Of a DNA stretch of 64,000 bases, positions 32,351-48,900 are shown piece by piece. This DNA is from Eledone cirrhosa (lineage: Eukaryota): the NCBI GenBank assembly GCA_964016885.1, contig OZ024743.1, positions 74,586,001-74,650,000 of the forward strand, given 5' to 3'. Each line of letters begins with the position of its first letter. Position 1 is the stretch's first letter. A program made the translations under genes and the position numbers. Under the pieces are notes generated by a model. It had not been told where the DNA came from. It saw nothing but the letters and a program-made list of their open reading frames with translations, and made no database searches.

Positions 32351-35300
32351 TAGCCATAGACACCACAACACCTATCTGTAGCCATAGACACCACAACACC
32401 TATCTGTGACCATAGACACCACAACACCTATCTGTAGCCATAGACACCACAACACCTATCTGTAGCCATAGACACCACAACACCTATCTGTAGCCATAGA
32501 CACCACAACACCTATCTGTAGCCATAGACACCACAACACCTATCTGTAGCCATAGACACCACAACACCTATCTGTGACCATAGACACCACAACACCTATC
32601 TGTAGCCATAGACACCACAACACCTATCTGTAGCCATAGACACCACAACACCTATCTGTAGCCATAGACACCACAACACCTATCTGTGACCATAGAAGCC
32701 ACAACACCTATCTGTAGCCATAGACACCACAACACCTATCTGTGACCATAGACACCACAACACCTATCTGTGACCATAGACACCACAACACCTATCTGTA
32801 GCCATAGACACCACAACACCAATCTGTAGCCATAGACACCACAACACCTATCTGTGACCATAGACACCACAACACCTATCTGTAGCCATAGACACCACAA
32901 CACCTATCTGTAGCCATAGACACCACAACACCTATCTGTAGCCATAGACACCACAACACCTATCTGTAGCCATAGACACCACAACACCTATCTGTAGCCA
33001 TAGACACCACAACACTTATCTGTGACCATAGATACCACAATACCTATCTGTAGCCATAGACACCACAACACCTATCTGTGACCATAGACACCACAACACC
33101 TATCTGTGACCATAGACACCACAACACCTATCTGTGACCATAGACACCACAACACCTATATGTAGCCATAGACACCACAACACCTATCTGTAGCCATAGA
33201 CACCACAACACCTATCTGTAGCCATAGACACCACAGCACCTATCTGTAGCCATAGACACCACAACACCTATCTGTGACCATAGATACCACAACACCTATC
33301 TGTTGTCATAGACACCACAACACCTATGTGTGACCATAGACACCGCAACACCTATCTGTGACCATAGACACCACAACACCTATCTGTGACCATAGACACC
33401 ACAACACCTATCTGTAGCCATAGACACCACAACACCTATCTGTGACCATAGACACCACAACACCTATCTGTGACCATAGCCACCACAACACCTATCTGTA
33501 GCCATAGACACCACAACACCTATCTGTGACCATAGACACCACAACACCTATCTGTGACCATAGACACCACAACACCTATCTGTGACCATAGATACCACAA
33601 CACCTATCTGTAGCCATAGACACCACAACACCTATCTGTGACCATAGACACCACAACACCTATCTGTGACCATAGACACCACAACACCTATCTGTGACCA
33701 TAGACACCACAACACCTATCTGTAGCCATAGACACCACAACACCTATCTGTAGCCATAGACACCACAACTCCTATCTGTAGCCATAGACACCACAACACC
33801 TATCTGTAGCCATAGACACCACAACAACTATCTGTGACCATAGATACCACAACACCTATCTGTAGCCATAGACACCACAACACCTATCTGTGACCATAGA
33901 CACCACAACACCTATCTGTGACCATAGACACCACAACACCTATCTGTGACCATAGACACCACAACACCTATATGTAGCCATAGACACCACAACACCTATC
34001 TGTAGCCATAGACACCACAACACCTATCTGTGACCATAGACACCACAACACCTATCTGTGACCATAGACACCACAACACCTATCTGTGACCATAGATACC
34101 ACAACACCTATCTGTAGCCATAGACACCACAACACCTATCTGTGACCATAGACACCACAACACCTATCTGTGACCATAGACACCACAACACCTATCTGTA
34201 GCCATAGACACCACAACACCTATCTGTGACCATAGACACCACAACACCTATCTGTAGCCATAGACACCACAACACCTATCTGTAGCCATAGACACCACAA
34301 CACCTATCTGTAGCCATAGACACCACAACACCTATCTGTGACCATAGATACCACAATACCTATCTGTAGCCATAGACACCACAACACCTATCTGTGACCA
34401 TAGACACCACAACACCTATCTGTGACCATAGACACCACAACACCTATCTGTGACCATAGACACCACAACACCTATATGTAGCCATAGACACCACAACACA
34501 TATCTGTAGCCATAGACACCACAACACCTATCTGTAGCCATAGACACCACAACACCTATCTGTGACCATAGACACCACAACACCTATCTGTGACCATAGA
34601 ACCCACAACACCTATCTGTAGCCATAGACACCACAACACCTATCTGTGACCATAGACACCACAACACCTATCTGTAGCCATAGACACCACAACACCTATC
34701 TGTAGCCATAGACACCACAACACCTATCTGTAGCCATAGACACCACAACACCTATCTGTGACCATAGAACCCACAACACCTATCTGTAGCCATAGACACC
34801 ACAACACCTATCTGTGACCATAGACACCACAACACCTATCTGTGACCATAGACACCACAACACCTATCTGTAGCCATAGACACCACAACACCTATCTGTA
34901 GCCATAGACACCACAACACCTATCTGTGACCATAGACACCACAACACCTATCTGTAGCCATAGACACCACAACACCTATCTGTGACCATAGACACCACAA
35001 CACCTATCTGTAGCCATAGACACCACAACACCTATCTGTAGCCATAGACACCACAACACCTATCTGTAGCCATAGACACCACAACACCTATCTGTGACCA
35101 TAGACACCACAACACCTATCTGTAGCCATAGACACCACAACACCTATCTGTAGCCATAGACACCACAACACCTATCTGTAGCCATAGACACCACAACACC
35201 TATCTGTAGCCATAGACACCACAACACCTATCTGTAGCCATAGACACCACAACACCTATCTGTAGCCATAGACACCACAACACCTATCTGTGACCATAGA

Positions 35301-36349
35301 CACCACAACACCTATCTGTAGCCATAGACACCACAACACCTATCTGTGACCATAGAACCCACAACACCTATCTGTAGCCATAGACACCACAACACCTATC
35401 TGTGACCATAGACACCACAACACCTATCTGTGACCATAGACACCACGACACCTATCTGTAGCCATAGACACCACAACACCAATCTGTAGCCATAGACACT
35501 ACAACACCTATCTGTGACCATAGACACCACAACACCTATCTGTAGCCATAGACACCACAACACCTATCTGTGACCATAGACACCACAACACCTATCTGTA
35601 GCCATAGACACCACAACACCTATCTGTAGCCATAGACACCACAACACCTATCTGTAGCCATAGACACCACAACACCTATCTGTAGCCATAGACACCACAA
35701 CACCTATCTGTGACCATAGAACCCACAACACCTATCTGTAGCCATAGACACCACAACACCTATCTGTGACCATAGACACCACAACACCTATCTGTGACCA
35801 TAGACACCACAACACCTATCTGTAGCCATAGACACCACAACACCAATCTGTAGCCATAGACACTACAACACCTATCTGTGACCATAGACACCACAACACC
35901 TATCTGTAGCCATAGACACCACAACACCTATCTGTGACCATAGACACCACAACACCTATCTGTAGCCATAGACACCACAACACCTATCTGTAGCCATAGA
36001 CACCACAACACCTATCTGTAGCCATAGACACCACAACACCTATCTGTGACCATAGACACCACAACACCTATCTGTAGCCATAGACACCACAACACCTATC
36101 TGTAGCCATAGACACCACAACACCTATCTGTAGCCATAGACACCACAACACCTATCTGTAACCATAGACACCACAACACCTATCTGTAGCCATAGACACC
36201 ACAACACCTATCTGTGACCATAGACACCACAACACCTATCTGTAGCCATAGACACCACAACACCTATCTGTAGCCATAGACACCACAACACCTATCTGTA
36301 GCCATAGACACCACAACACCTATCTGTAGCCATAGACACCACAACACCT

Positions 36350-39300
36350 ATCTGTAGCCATAGACACCACAACACCTATCTGTGACCATAGACACCACAA
36401 CACCTATCTGTGACCATAGACACCACAACACCTATCTGTGACCATAGACACCACAACACCTATCTGTGACCATAGACACCACAACACCTATCTGTGACCA
36501 TAGACACCACAACACCTATCTGTGACCATAGACACCACAACACCTATCTGTGACCATAGACACCACAACACCTATCTGTAGCCATAGACACCACAACACC
36601 TATCTGTGACCATAGACACCACAACACCTATCTGTGACCATAGACACCACAACACCTATCTGTAGCCATAGACACCACAACACCTATCTGTAGCCATAGA
36701 CACCACAGCACCTATCTGTAGCCATAGACACCACAACACCTATCTGTGACCATAGATACCACAAGACCTATCTGTAGCCATAGACACCAGAACACCTATC
36801 TGTTGTCATAGACACCACAACACCTATCTGTGACCATAGACACCGCAACACCTATCTGTGACCATAGACACCACAACACCTATCTGTGACCATAGACACC
36901 ACAACACCTATCTGTAGCCATAGACACCACAACACCTATCTGTGACCATAGACACCACAACACCTATCTGTAGCCATAGACACCACAACACCTATCTGTG
37001 ACCATAGACACCACAACACCTATCTGTAGCCATAGACACCACAACACCTATCTGTGACCATAGACACCACAACACCTATCTGTGACCATAGACACCACAA
37101 CACCTATCTGTGACCATAGATACCACAACACCTATCTGTAGCCATAGACACCACAACACCTATCTTTGACCATAGACACCACAACACCTATCTGTGACCA
37201 TAGACACCACAACACCTATCTGTGACCATAGACACCACAACACCTATCTGTAGCCATAGACACCACAACACCTATCTGTGACCATAGACACCACAACACC
37301 TATCTGTAGCCATAGACACCACAACACCTATCTGTGACCATAGACACCACAACACCTATCTGTAGCCATAGACACCACAACACCTATCTGTGACCATAGA
37401 CACCACAACACCTATCTGTAGCCATAGACACCACAACACCTATCTGTAGCCATAGACACCACAACACCTATCTGTAGCCATAGACACCACAACACCTATC
37501 TGTAGCCATAGACACCACAACACCTATCTGTAGCCATAGACACCACAACACCTATCTGTAGCCATAGACACCACAACACCTATCTGTGACCATAGACACC
37601 ACAACACCTATCTGTGACCATAGACACCACAACACCTATCTGTGACCATAGACATCACAACACCTATCTGTAGCCATAGACACCACAACACCTATCTGTA
37701 GCCATAGACACCACAGCACCTATCTGTAGCCATAGACACCACAACACCTATCTGTGACCATAGATACCACAACACCTATCTGTAGCCATAGACACCACAA
37801 CACCTATCTGTTGTCATAGACACCACAACACCTATCTGTGACCATAGACACCGCAACACCTATCTGTGACCATAGACACCACAACACCTATCTGTGACCA
37901 TAGACACCACAACACCTATCTGTGACCATAGACACCACAACACCTATCTGTAGCCATAGACACCACAACACCTATCTGTGACCATAGACACCACAACACC
38001 TATCTGTGACCATAGACACCACAACACCTATCTGTAGCCATAGACACCACAACACCTATCTGTGACCATAGACACCACAACACCTATCTGTGACCATAGA
38101 CACCACAACACCTATCTGTGACCATAGATACCACAACACCTATCTGTAGCCATAGACACCACAACACCTATCTTTGACCATAGACACCACAACACCTATC
38201 TGTGACCATAGACACCACAACACCTATCTGTGACCATAGACACCACAACACCTATCTGTAGCCATAGACACCACAACACCTATCTGTAGCCATAGACACC
38301 ACAGCACCTATCTGTAGCCATAGACACCACAACACCTATCTGTGACCATAGACACCACAACACCTATCTGTGACCATAGACACCACAACACCTATCTGTA
38401 GCCATAGACACCACAACACCTATCTGTAGCCATAGACACCACAACACCTATTTGTGACCAAAGACACCACAACACCTATCTCTAGCCATAGACACCACAA
38501 CACCTATCTGTAGCCATAGACACCACAACACCTATCTGTGACCATAGACACCACAACACCTATCTGTGACCATAGACACCACAACACCTATCTGTGACTA
38601 TAGATACCACAACACCTATCTGTGACCATAGACACCACAACACCTATCTGTGACCATAGAACCCACAACACCTATCTGTAGCCATAGACACCACAACACC
38701 TATCTGTGACCATAGACACCACAACACCTATCTGTAGCCATAGACACCACAACACCTATCTGTAGCCATAGACACCACAACACCTATCTGTAGCCATAGA
38801 CACCACAACACCTATCTGTGACCATAGACACCACAAAACCTATCTGTAGCCATAGACACCACAACACCTATCTGTGACCATAGACACCACAACACCTATC
38901 TGTAGCCATAGACACCACAACACCTATCTGTAGCCATAGACACCACAACACCTATCTGTGACCATAGACACCACAACACCTATCTGTAGCCATAGACACC
39001 ACAACACCTATCTGTAGCCATAGACACCACAACACCTATCTGTAGCCATAGACACCACAACACCTATCTGTAGCCATAGACACCACAACACCTATCTGTA
39101 GCCATAGACACCACAACACCTATCTGTGACCATAGACACCACAACACCTATCTGTGACCATAGACACCACAACACCTATCTGTGACCATAGACACCACAA
39201 CACCTATCTGTGACCATAGACACCACAACACCTATCTGTGACCATAGACACCACAACACCTATCTGTGACCATAGACACCACAACACCTATCTGTGACCA

Positions 39301-41800
39301 TAGACACCACAACACCTATCTGTAGCCATAGACACCACAACACCTATCTGTGACCATAGACACCACAACACCTATCTGTGACCATAGACACCACAACACC
39401 TATCTGTAGCCATAGACACCACAACACCTATCTGTAGGCATAGACACCACAGCACCTATATGTAGCCATAGACACCACAACACCTATCTGTGACCATAGA
39501 TACCACAACACCTATCTGTAGCCATAGACACCACAACACCTATCTGTTGTCATAGACACCACAACACCTATCTGTGACCATAGACACCGCAACACCTATC
39601 TGTGACCATAGACACCACAACACCTATCTGTGACCATAGACACAACAACACCTATCTGTAGCCATAGACACCACAACACCTATCTGTGACCATAGACACC
39701 ACAACACCTATCTGTAGCCATAGACACCACAACACCGATCTGTGACCATAGACACCACAACACCTATCTGTAGCCATAGACACCACAACACCTATCTGTG
39801 ACCATAGACACCACAACACCTATCTGTGACCATAGACACCACAACACCTATCTGTGACCATAGATACCACAACACCTATCTGTAGCCATAGACACCACAA
39901 CACCTATCTTTGACCATAGACACCACAACACCTATCTGTGACCATAGACACCACAACACCTATCTGTGACCATAGACACCACAACACCTATCTGTAGCCA
40001 TAGACACCACAACACCTATCTGTGACCATAGACACCACAACACCTATCTGTAGCCATAGACACCACAACACCTATCTGTGACCATAGACACCACAACACC
40101 TATCTGTAGCCATAGACACCACAACACCTATCTGTGACCATAGACACCACAACACCTATCTGTAGCCATAGACACCACAACACCTATCTGTAGCCATAGA
40201 CACCACAACACCTATCTGTAGCCATAGACACCACAACACCTATCTGTAGCCCTAGACACCACAACACCTATCTGTAGCCATAGACACCACAACACCTATC
40301 TGTAGCCATAGACACCACAACACCTATCTGTGACCATAGACACCACAACACCTATCTGTGACCATAGACACCACAACACCTATCTGTGACCATAGACATC
40401 ACAACACCTATCTGTAGCCATAGACACCACAACACCTATCTGTAGCCATAGACACCACAGCACCTATCTGTAGCCATAGACACCACAACACCTATCTGTG
40501 ACCATAGATACCACAACACCTATCTGTAGCCATAGACACCACAACACCTATCTGTTGTCATAGACACCACAACACCTATCTGTGACCATAGACACCGCAA
40601 CACCTATCTGTGACCATAGACACCACAACACCTATCTGTGACCATAGACACCACAACACCTATCTGTGACCATAGACACCACAACACCTATCTGTAGCCA
40701 TAGACACCACAACACCTATCTGTGACCATAGACACCACAACACCTATCTGTGACCATAGACACCACAACACCTATCTGTAGCCATAGACACCACAACACC
40801 TATCTGTGACCATAGACACCACAACACCTATCTGTGACCATAGACACCACAACACCTATCTGTGACCATAGATACCACAACACCTATCTGTAGCCATAGA
40901 CACCACAACACCTATCTTTGACCATAGACACCACAACACCTATCTGTGACCATAGACACCACAACACCTATCTGTGACCATAGACACCACAACACCTATC
41001 TGTGACCATAGACACCACAACACCTATCTCTAGCCATAGACACCACAACACCTATCTGTAGCCATAGACACCACAACACCTATCTGTAGCCATAGACACC
41101 ACAACACCTATCTGTAGCCATAGACACCACAACACCTATCTGTGACCATAGACACCACAACACCTATCTGTGACCATAGACACCACAACACCTATCTGTA
41201 GCCATAGACACCACAACACCTATCTGTAGCCATAGACACCACAACACCTATCTGTGACCAAAGACACCACAACACCTATCTCTAGCCATAGACACCACAA
41301 CACCTATCTGTAGCCATAGACACCACAACACCTATCTGTGACCATAGACACCACAACACCTATCTGTGAGCATAGACACCACAACACCTATCTGTGACTA
41401 TAGATACCACAACACCTATCTGTGACCATAGACACCACAACACCTATCTGTGACCATAGAACCCACAACACCTATCTGTAGCCATAGACACCACAACACC
41501 TATCTGTGACCATAGACACCACAACACCTATCTGTAGCCATAGACACCACAACACCTATCTGTAGCCATAGACACCACAACACCTATCTGTAGCCATAGA
41601 CACCACAACACCTATCTGTGACCATAGACACCACAAAACCTATCTGTAGCCATAGACACCACAACACCTATCTGTGACCATAGACACCACAACACCTATC
41701 TGTAGCCATAGACACCACAATACCTATCTGTAGCCATAGACACCACAACACCTATCTGTGACCATAGACACCACAACACCTATCTGTAGCCATAGACACC
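36350..41800 (+). repeat. Higher-order duplication of 98-100 monomers (2,744-2,800 bp)
   Basis: TTGTC monomers at 36804/39548 and 37812/40556 (2744 bp each). CCAAAGA at 38461/41261 (2800 bp). TCTTTGA variants are shared between the copies. Confidence 0.85.
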
Positions 41801-44800
41801 ACAACACCTATCTGTAGCCATAGACACCACAACACCTATCTGTGACCATAGTCACCACAACACCTATCTGTAGCCATAGACACCACAACACCTATCTGTG
41901 ACCATAGACACCACAACACCTATCTGTAGCCATAGACACCACAACACCTATCTGTAGCCATAGACACCACAACACCTATCTGTAGCCATAGACACCACAA
42001 CACCTATCTGTAGCCATAGACACCACAACACCTATCTGTAGCCATAGACACCACAACACCTATCTGTGACCATAGACACCACAGCACCTATCTGTAGCCA
42101 TAGACATCACAACACCTATCTGTAGCCATAGACACCACAGCACCTATCTGTAGCCATAGACACCACAACACCTATCTGTAGCCATAGACACCACAACACC
42201 TATCTGTAGCCATAGACACCACAACACCTATCTGTAGCCATAGACACCACAACACCTATCTGTGACCATAGACACCACAACACCTATCTGTAGCCATAGA
42301 CACCACAGCACCTATCTTTAGCCATAGACACCACAACACCTATCTGTAGCCATAGACACCACAACACCTATCTGTAGCCATAGACACCACAACACCTATC
42401 TGTAGCCATAGACACCACAACACCTATCTGTAGCCATAGACACCACAACACCTATCTGTGACCATAGACACCACAACACCTATCTGTGACCATAGACACC
42501 ACAACACCTATCTGTGACCATAGACACCACAACACCTATCTGTAGCCATAGACACCACAACACCTATCTGTAGCCATAGACACCACAACACCTATCTGTG
42601 ACCATAGATACCACAACACCTATCTGTAGCCATAGACACCACAACACCTATCTGTTGTCATAGACGCCACAACACCTATCTGTGACCATAGACACCGCAA
42701 CACCTATCTGTGACCATAGACACCACAACACCTATCTGTGACCATAGACACCACAACACTTATCTGTAGCCATAGACACCACAACACCTATCTGTAGCCA
42801 TAGATACCACAACACCTATCTGTGACCATAGACACCACAACACCTATCTGTGACCATAGATACCACAACACCTATCTGTGACCATAGACACCACAATACC
42901 TATCTGTGAGCATAGATACCACAACACCTATCTGTGACCATAGATACCACAAAACCTATCTGTGACCATAGATACCACAACACCTATCTGTGACCATAGA
43001 CACCACAACACCTATCTGTGACCATAGATACCACAACACCTATCTGTGACCATAGACACCACAACACCTATCTGTAGCCATAGACACCACAACACCTATC
43101 TGTGACCATAGATACCACAACACCTATCTGTAGCCATAGACACCACAACACCTATCTGTGACCATAGATACCACAACACCTATCTGTGACCATAGACACC
43201 ACAACACCTATCTGTGACCATAGACACCACAACACCTATCTGTAGCCATAGACACCACAACACCTATCTGTGACCATAGACACCACAACACCTATCTGTG
43301 ACCATAGACACCACAACACCTATCTGTGACCATAGACACCACAACACCTATCTGTGACCATAGATACCACAACACCTATCTGTGACCATAGACACCACAA
43401 CACCTATCTGTGACCATAGATACCACAACACCTATCTGTAGCCATAGACACCACAACACCTATCTTTGACCATAGACACCACAACACCTATCTGTGACCA
43501 TAGACACCACAACACCTATCTGTGACCATAGACACCACAACACCTATCTGTGACCATAGACACCACAACACCTATCTCTAGCCATAGACACCACAACACC
43601 TATCTGTAGCCATAGACACCACAACACCTATCTGTAGCCATAGACACCACAACACCTATCTGTAGCCATAGACACCACAACACCTATCTGTGACCATAGA
43701 CACCACAACACCTATCTGTGACCATAGACACCACAACACCTATCTGTAGCCATAGACACCACAACACCTATCTGTAGCCATAGACACCACAACACCTATC
43801 TGTGACCAAAGACACCACAACACCTATCTCTAGCCATAGACACCACAACACCTATCTGTAGCCATAGACACCACAACACCTATCTGTGACCATAGACACC
43901 ACAACACCTATCTGTGAGCATAGACACCACAACACCTATCTGTGACTATAGATACCACAACACCTATCTGTGACCATAGACACCACAACACCTATCTGTG
44001 ACCATAGAACCCACAACACCTATCTGTAGCCATAGACACCACAACACCTATCTGTGACCATAGACACCACAACACCTATCTGTAGCCATAGACACCACAA
44101 CACCTATCTGTAGCCATAGACACCACAACACCTATCTGTAGCCATAGACACCACAACACCTATCTGTGACCATAGACACCACAAAACCTATCTGTAGCCA
44201 TAGACACCACAACACCTATCTGTGACCATAGACACCACAACACCTATCTGTAGCCATAGACACCACAATACCTATCTGTAGCCATAGACACCACAACACC
44301 TATCTGTGACCATAGACACCACAACACCTATCTGTAGCCATAGACACCACAACACCTATCTGTAGCCATAGACACCACAACACCTATCTGTGACCATAGT
44401 CACCACAACACCTATCTGTAGCCATAGACACCACAACACCTATCTGTGACCATAGACACCACAACACCTATCTGTAGCCATAGACACCACAACACCTATC
44501 TGTAGCCATAGACACCACAACACCTATCTGTAGCCATAGACACCACAACACCTATCTGTAGCCATAGACACCACAACACCTATCTGTAGCCATAGACACC
44601 ACAACACCTATCTGTGACCATAGACACCACAGCACCTATCTGTAGCCATAGACATCACAACACCTATCTGTAGCCATAGACACCACAGCACCTATCTGTA
44701 GCCATAGACACCACAACACCTATCTGTAGCCATAGACACCACAACACCTATCTGTAGCCATAGACACCACAACACCTATCTGTAGCCATAGACACCACAA

Positions 44801-45900
44801 CACCTATCTGTGACCATAGACACCACAACACCTATCTGTAGCCATAGACACCACAGCACCTATCTGTAGCCATAGACACCACAACACCTATCTGTAGCCA
44901 TAGACACCACAACACCTATCTGTAGCCATAGACACCACAACACCTATCTGTAGCCATAGACACCACAACACCTATCTGTAGCCATAGACACCACAACACC
45001 TATCTGTGACCATAGACACCACAACACCTATCTGTGACCATAGACACCACAACACCTATCTGTGACCATAGACACCACAACACCTATCTGTAGCCATAGA
45101 CACCACAACACCTATCTGTAGCCATAGACACCACAACACCTATCTGTGACCATAGATACCACAACACCTATCTGTAGCCATAGACACCACAACACCTATC
45201 TGTTGTCATAGACGCCACAACACCTATCTGTGACCATAGACACCGCAACACCTATCTGTGACCATAGACACCACAACACCTATCTGTGACCATAGACACC
45301 ACAACACTTATCTGTAGCCATAGACACCACAACACCTATCTGTAGCCATAGATACCACAACACCTATCTGTGACCATAGACACCACAACACCTATCTGTG
45401 ACCATAGATACCACAACACCTATCTGTGACCATAGACACCACAATACCTATCTGTGAGCATAGATACCACAACACCTATCTGTGACCATAGATACCACAA
45501 AACCTATCTGTGACCATAGATACCACAACACCTATCTGTGACCATAGACACCACAACACCTATCTGTGACCATAGATACCACAACACCTATCTGTGACCA
45601 TAGACACCACAACACCTATCTGTAGCCATAGACACCACAACACCTATCTGTGACCATAGATACCACAACACCTATCTGTAGCCATAGACACCACAACACC
45701 TATCTGTGACCATAGATACCACAACACCTATCTGTGACCATAGACACCACAACACCTATCTGTGACCATAGACACCACAACACCTATCTGTAGCCATAGA
45801 CACCACAACACCTATCTGTGACCATAGACACCACAACACCTATCTGTGACCATAGACACCACAACACCTATCTGTGACCATAGACACCACAACACCTATC
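40800..45900 (+). repeat. Tandem duplication of 91 monomers (2,548 bp)
   Basis: CCAAAGA at 41261/43809, AGTCACC at 41852/44400 and GACGCC at 42666/45214 are all 2548 bp apart. Confidence 0.9.
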
Positions 45901-48900
45901 TGTGACCATAGATACCACAACACCTATCTGTGAGCATAGATACCACAACACCTATCTGTAGCCATAGACACCACAACACCTATCTGTGACCATAGACACC
46001 ACAACACCTATCTGTAGCCATAGACACCACAACACCTATCTGTGACCATAGACACCACAACACCTATCTGTAGCCATAGACACCACAACACCTATCTGTG
46101 ACCATAGATACCACAACACCTATCTGTGACCATAGACACCACAACACCTATCTGTGACCATAGACACCACAACACCTATCTGTGACCATAGACACCACAA
46201 CACCTATCTGTAGCCATAGACACCACAACACCTATCTGTGACCATAGACACCACAACACCTATCTGTAGCCATAGACACCACAATACCTATCTGTGACCA
46301 TAGACACCACAACACCTATACGTAGCCATAGACACCACAACACCTATCTGTGACCATAGACACCACAACACCTATCTGTAGCCATAGACACCACAACACC
46401 TATCTGTAGCCATAGACACCACAACACCTATCTGTAGCCATAGATACCACAACACCTATCTGTAGCCATAGACACCACAACACCTATCTGTAGCCATAGA
46501 TACCACAACACCTATATGTAGCCATAGACACCACAATACCTATTTGTAGCCATAGATACCACAACACCTATATGTAGCCATAGACACCACAACACCTATC
46601 TGTAGCCATAGATACCACAACACCTATATGTAGCCATAGACACCACAACACCTATATGTAGCCATAGACACCACAACACCTATATGTAGCCATAGACACC
46701 ACAATACCTATCTGTAGCCATAGACACCACAACACCTATATGTAGCCATAGATACCACAACACCTATCTGTAGCCATAGATACCACAACACCTATATGTA
46801 GCCATAGACACCACAACACCTATCTGTAGCCATAGACACCACAACACCTATATGTAGCCATAGACACCACAACACCTATCTGTGACCATAGATACCACAA
46901 CACCTGTCTGTAGCCATAGATACCACAACACCTATCTGTAGCCATAGACACCACAACACCTATCTGTGACCATAGACACCACAACACCCATCTGTGACCA
47001 TAGACACCACAACACCTATCTGTGACCATAGATACCACAACACCTATCTGTAGCCATAGACACCACAACACCTATCTGTGACCATAGACACCACAACACC
47101 TATATGTAGCCATAGACACCACAACACCTATCTGTGACCATAGACACCACAACACATATCTGTAGCCATAGACACCACAACACCTATCTGTGACCATAGA
47201 CACCACAACACCTATATGTGACCATAGACACCACAACACCTATATGTGACCATAGACACCACAACACCTATCTGTAGCCATAGACACCACAACACCTATC
47301 TGTGACCATAGACACCACAACACCTATCTGTGACCATAGACACCACAACACCTATCTGTATCCATAGACACCACAACACCTATCTGTAGCCATAGACACC
47401 ACAACACCTATCTGTAGCCATAGACACCACAACACATATCTGTGACCATAGACACCACAACACCTATCTGTAGCCATAGACACCACAACACCTATCTGTA
47501 GCCATAGACACCACAACACCTATCTGTAGCCATAGACACCACAACACCTATCTGTAGCCATAGACACCACAACACCTATCTGTAGCCATAGACACCACAA
47601 CACCTATCTGTGACCATAGACACCACAGCACCTATCTGTAGCCATAGACATCACAACACCTATCTGTAGCCATAGACACCACAGCACCTATCTGTAGCCA
47701 TAGACACCACAACACCTATCTGTAGCCATAGACACCACAACACCTATCTGTAGCCATAGACACCACAACACCTATCTGTAGCCATAGACACCACAACACC
47801 TATCTGTGACCATAGACACCACAACACCTATCTGTAGCCATAGACACCACAGCACCTATCTTTAGCCATAGACACCACAACACCTATCTGTAGCCATAGA
47901 CACCACAACACCTATCTGTAGCCATAGACACCACAACACCTATCTGTAGCCATAGACACCACAACACCTATCTGTAGCCATAGACACCACAACACCTATC
48001 TGTGACCATAGACACCACAACACCTATCTGTGACCATAGACACCACAACACCTATCTGTGACCATAGACACCACAACACCTATCTGTAGCCATAGACACC
48101 ACAACACCTATCTGTAGCCATAGACACCACAACACCTATCTGTAGCCATAGACACCACAACACCTATCTGTGACCATAGATACCACAACACCTATCTGTA
48201 GCCATAGACACCACAACACCTATCTGTTGTCATAGACACCACAACACCTATCTGTGACCATAGACACCGCAACACCTATCTGTGACCATAGACACCACAA
48301 CACCTATCTGTGACCATAGACACCACAACACTTATCTGTAGCCATAGACACCACAACACCTATCTGTAGCCATAGATACCACAACACCTATCTGTGACCA
48401 TAGACACCACAACACCTATCTGTGACCATAGATACCACAACACCTATCTGTGACCATAGACACCACAATACCTATCTGTGAGCATAGATACCACAACACC
48501 TATCTGTGACCATAGATACCACAAAACCTATCTGTGACCATAGATACCACAACACCTATCTGTGACCATAGACACCACAACACCTATCTGTGACCATAGA
48601 TACCACAACACCTATCTGTGACCATAGACACCACAACACCTATCTGTAGCCATAGACACCACAACACCTATCTGTGACCATAGATACCACAACACCTATC
48701 TGTAGCCATAGACACCACAACACCTATCTGTGACCATAGATACCACAACACCTATCTGTGACCATAGACACCACAACACCTATCTGTGACCATAGACACC
48801 ACAACACCTATCTGTAGCCATAGACACCACAACACCTATCTGTGACCATAGACACCACAACACCTATCTGTGACCATAGACACCACAACACCTATCTGTG

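Noticed and set aside
46820-47071. 83-aa minus-strand ORF from the supplied track
   Set aside because: It is a translation of 9 satellite monomers (three 28-aa repeats). It is open only because two substitutions 84 bp apart (CTA to CTG at 46906, CTA to CCA at 46989) remove consecutive in-frame TAG stops. The start is a repeat-derived GTG, and the homologous copies lack the second change.
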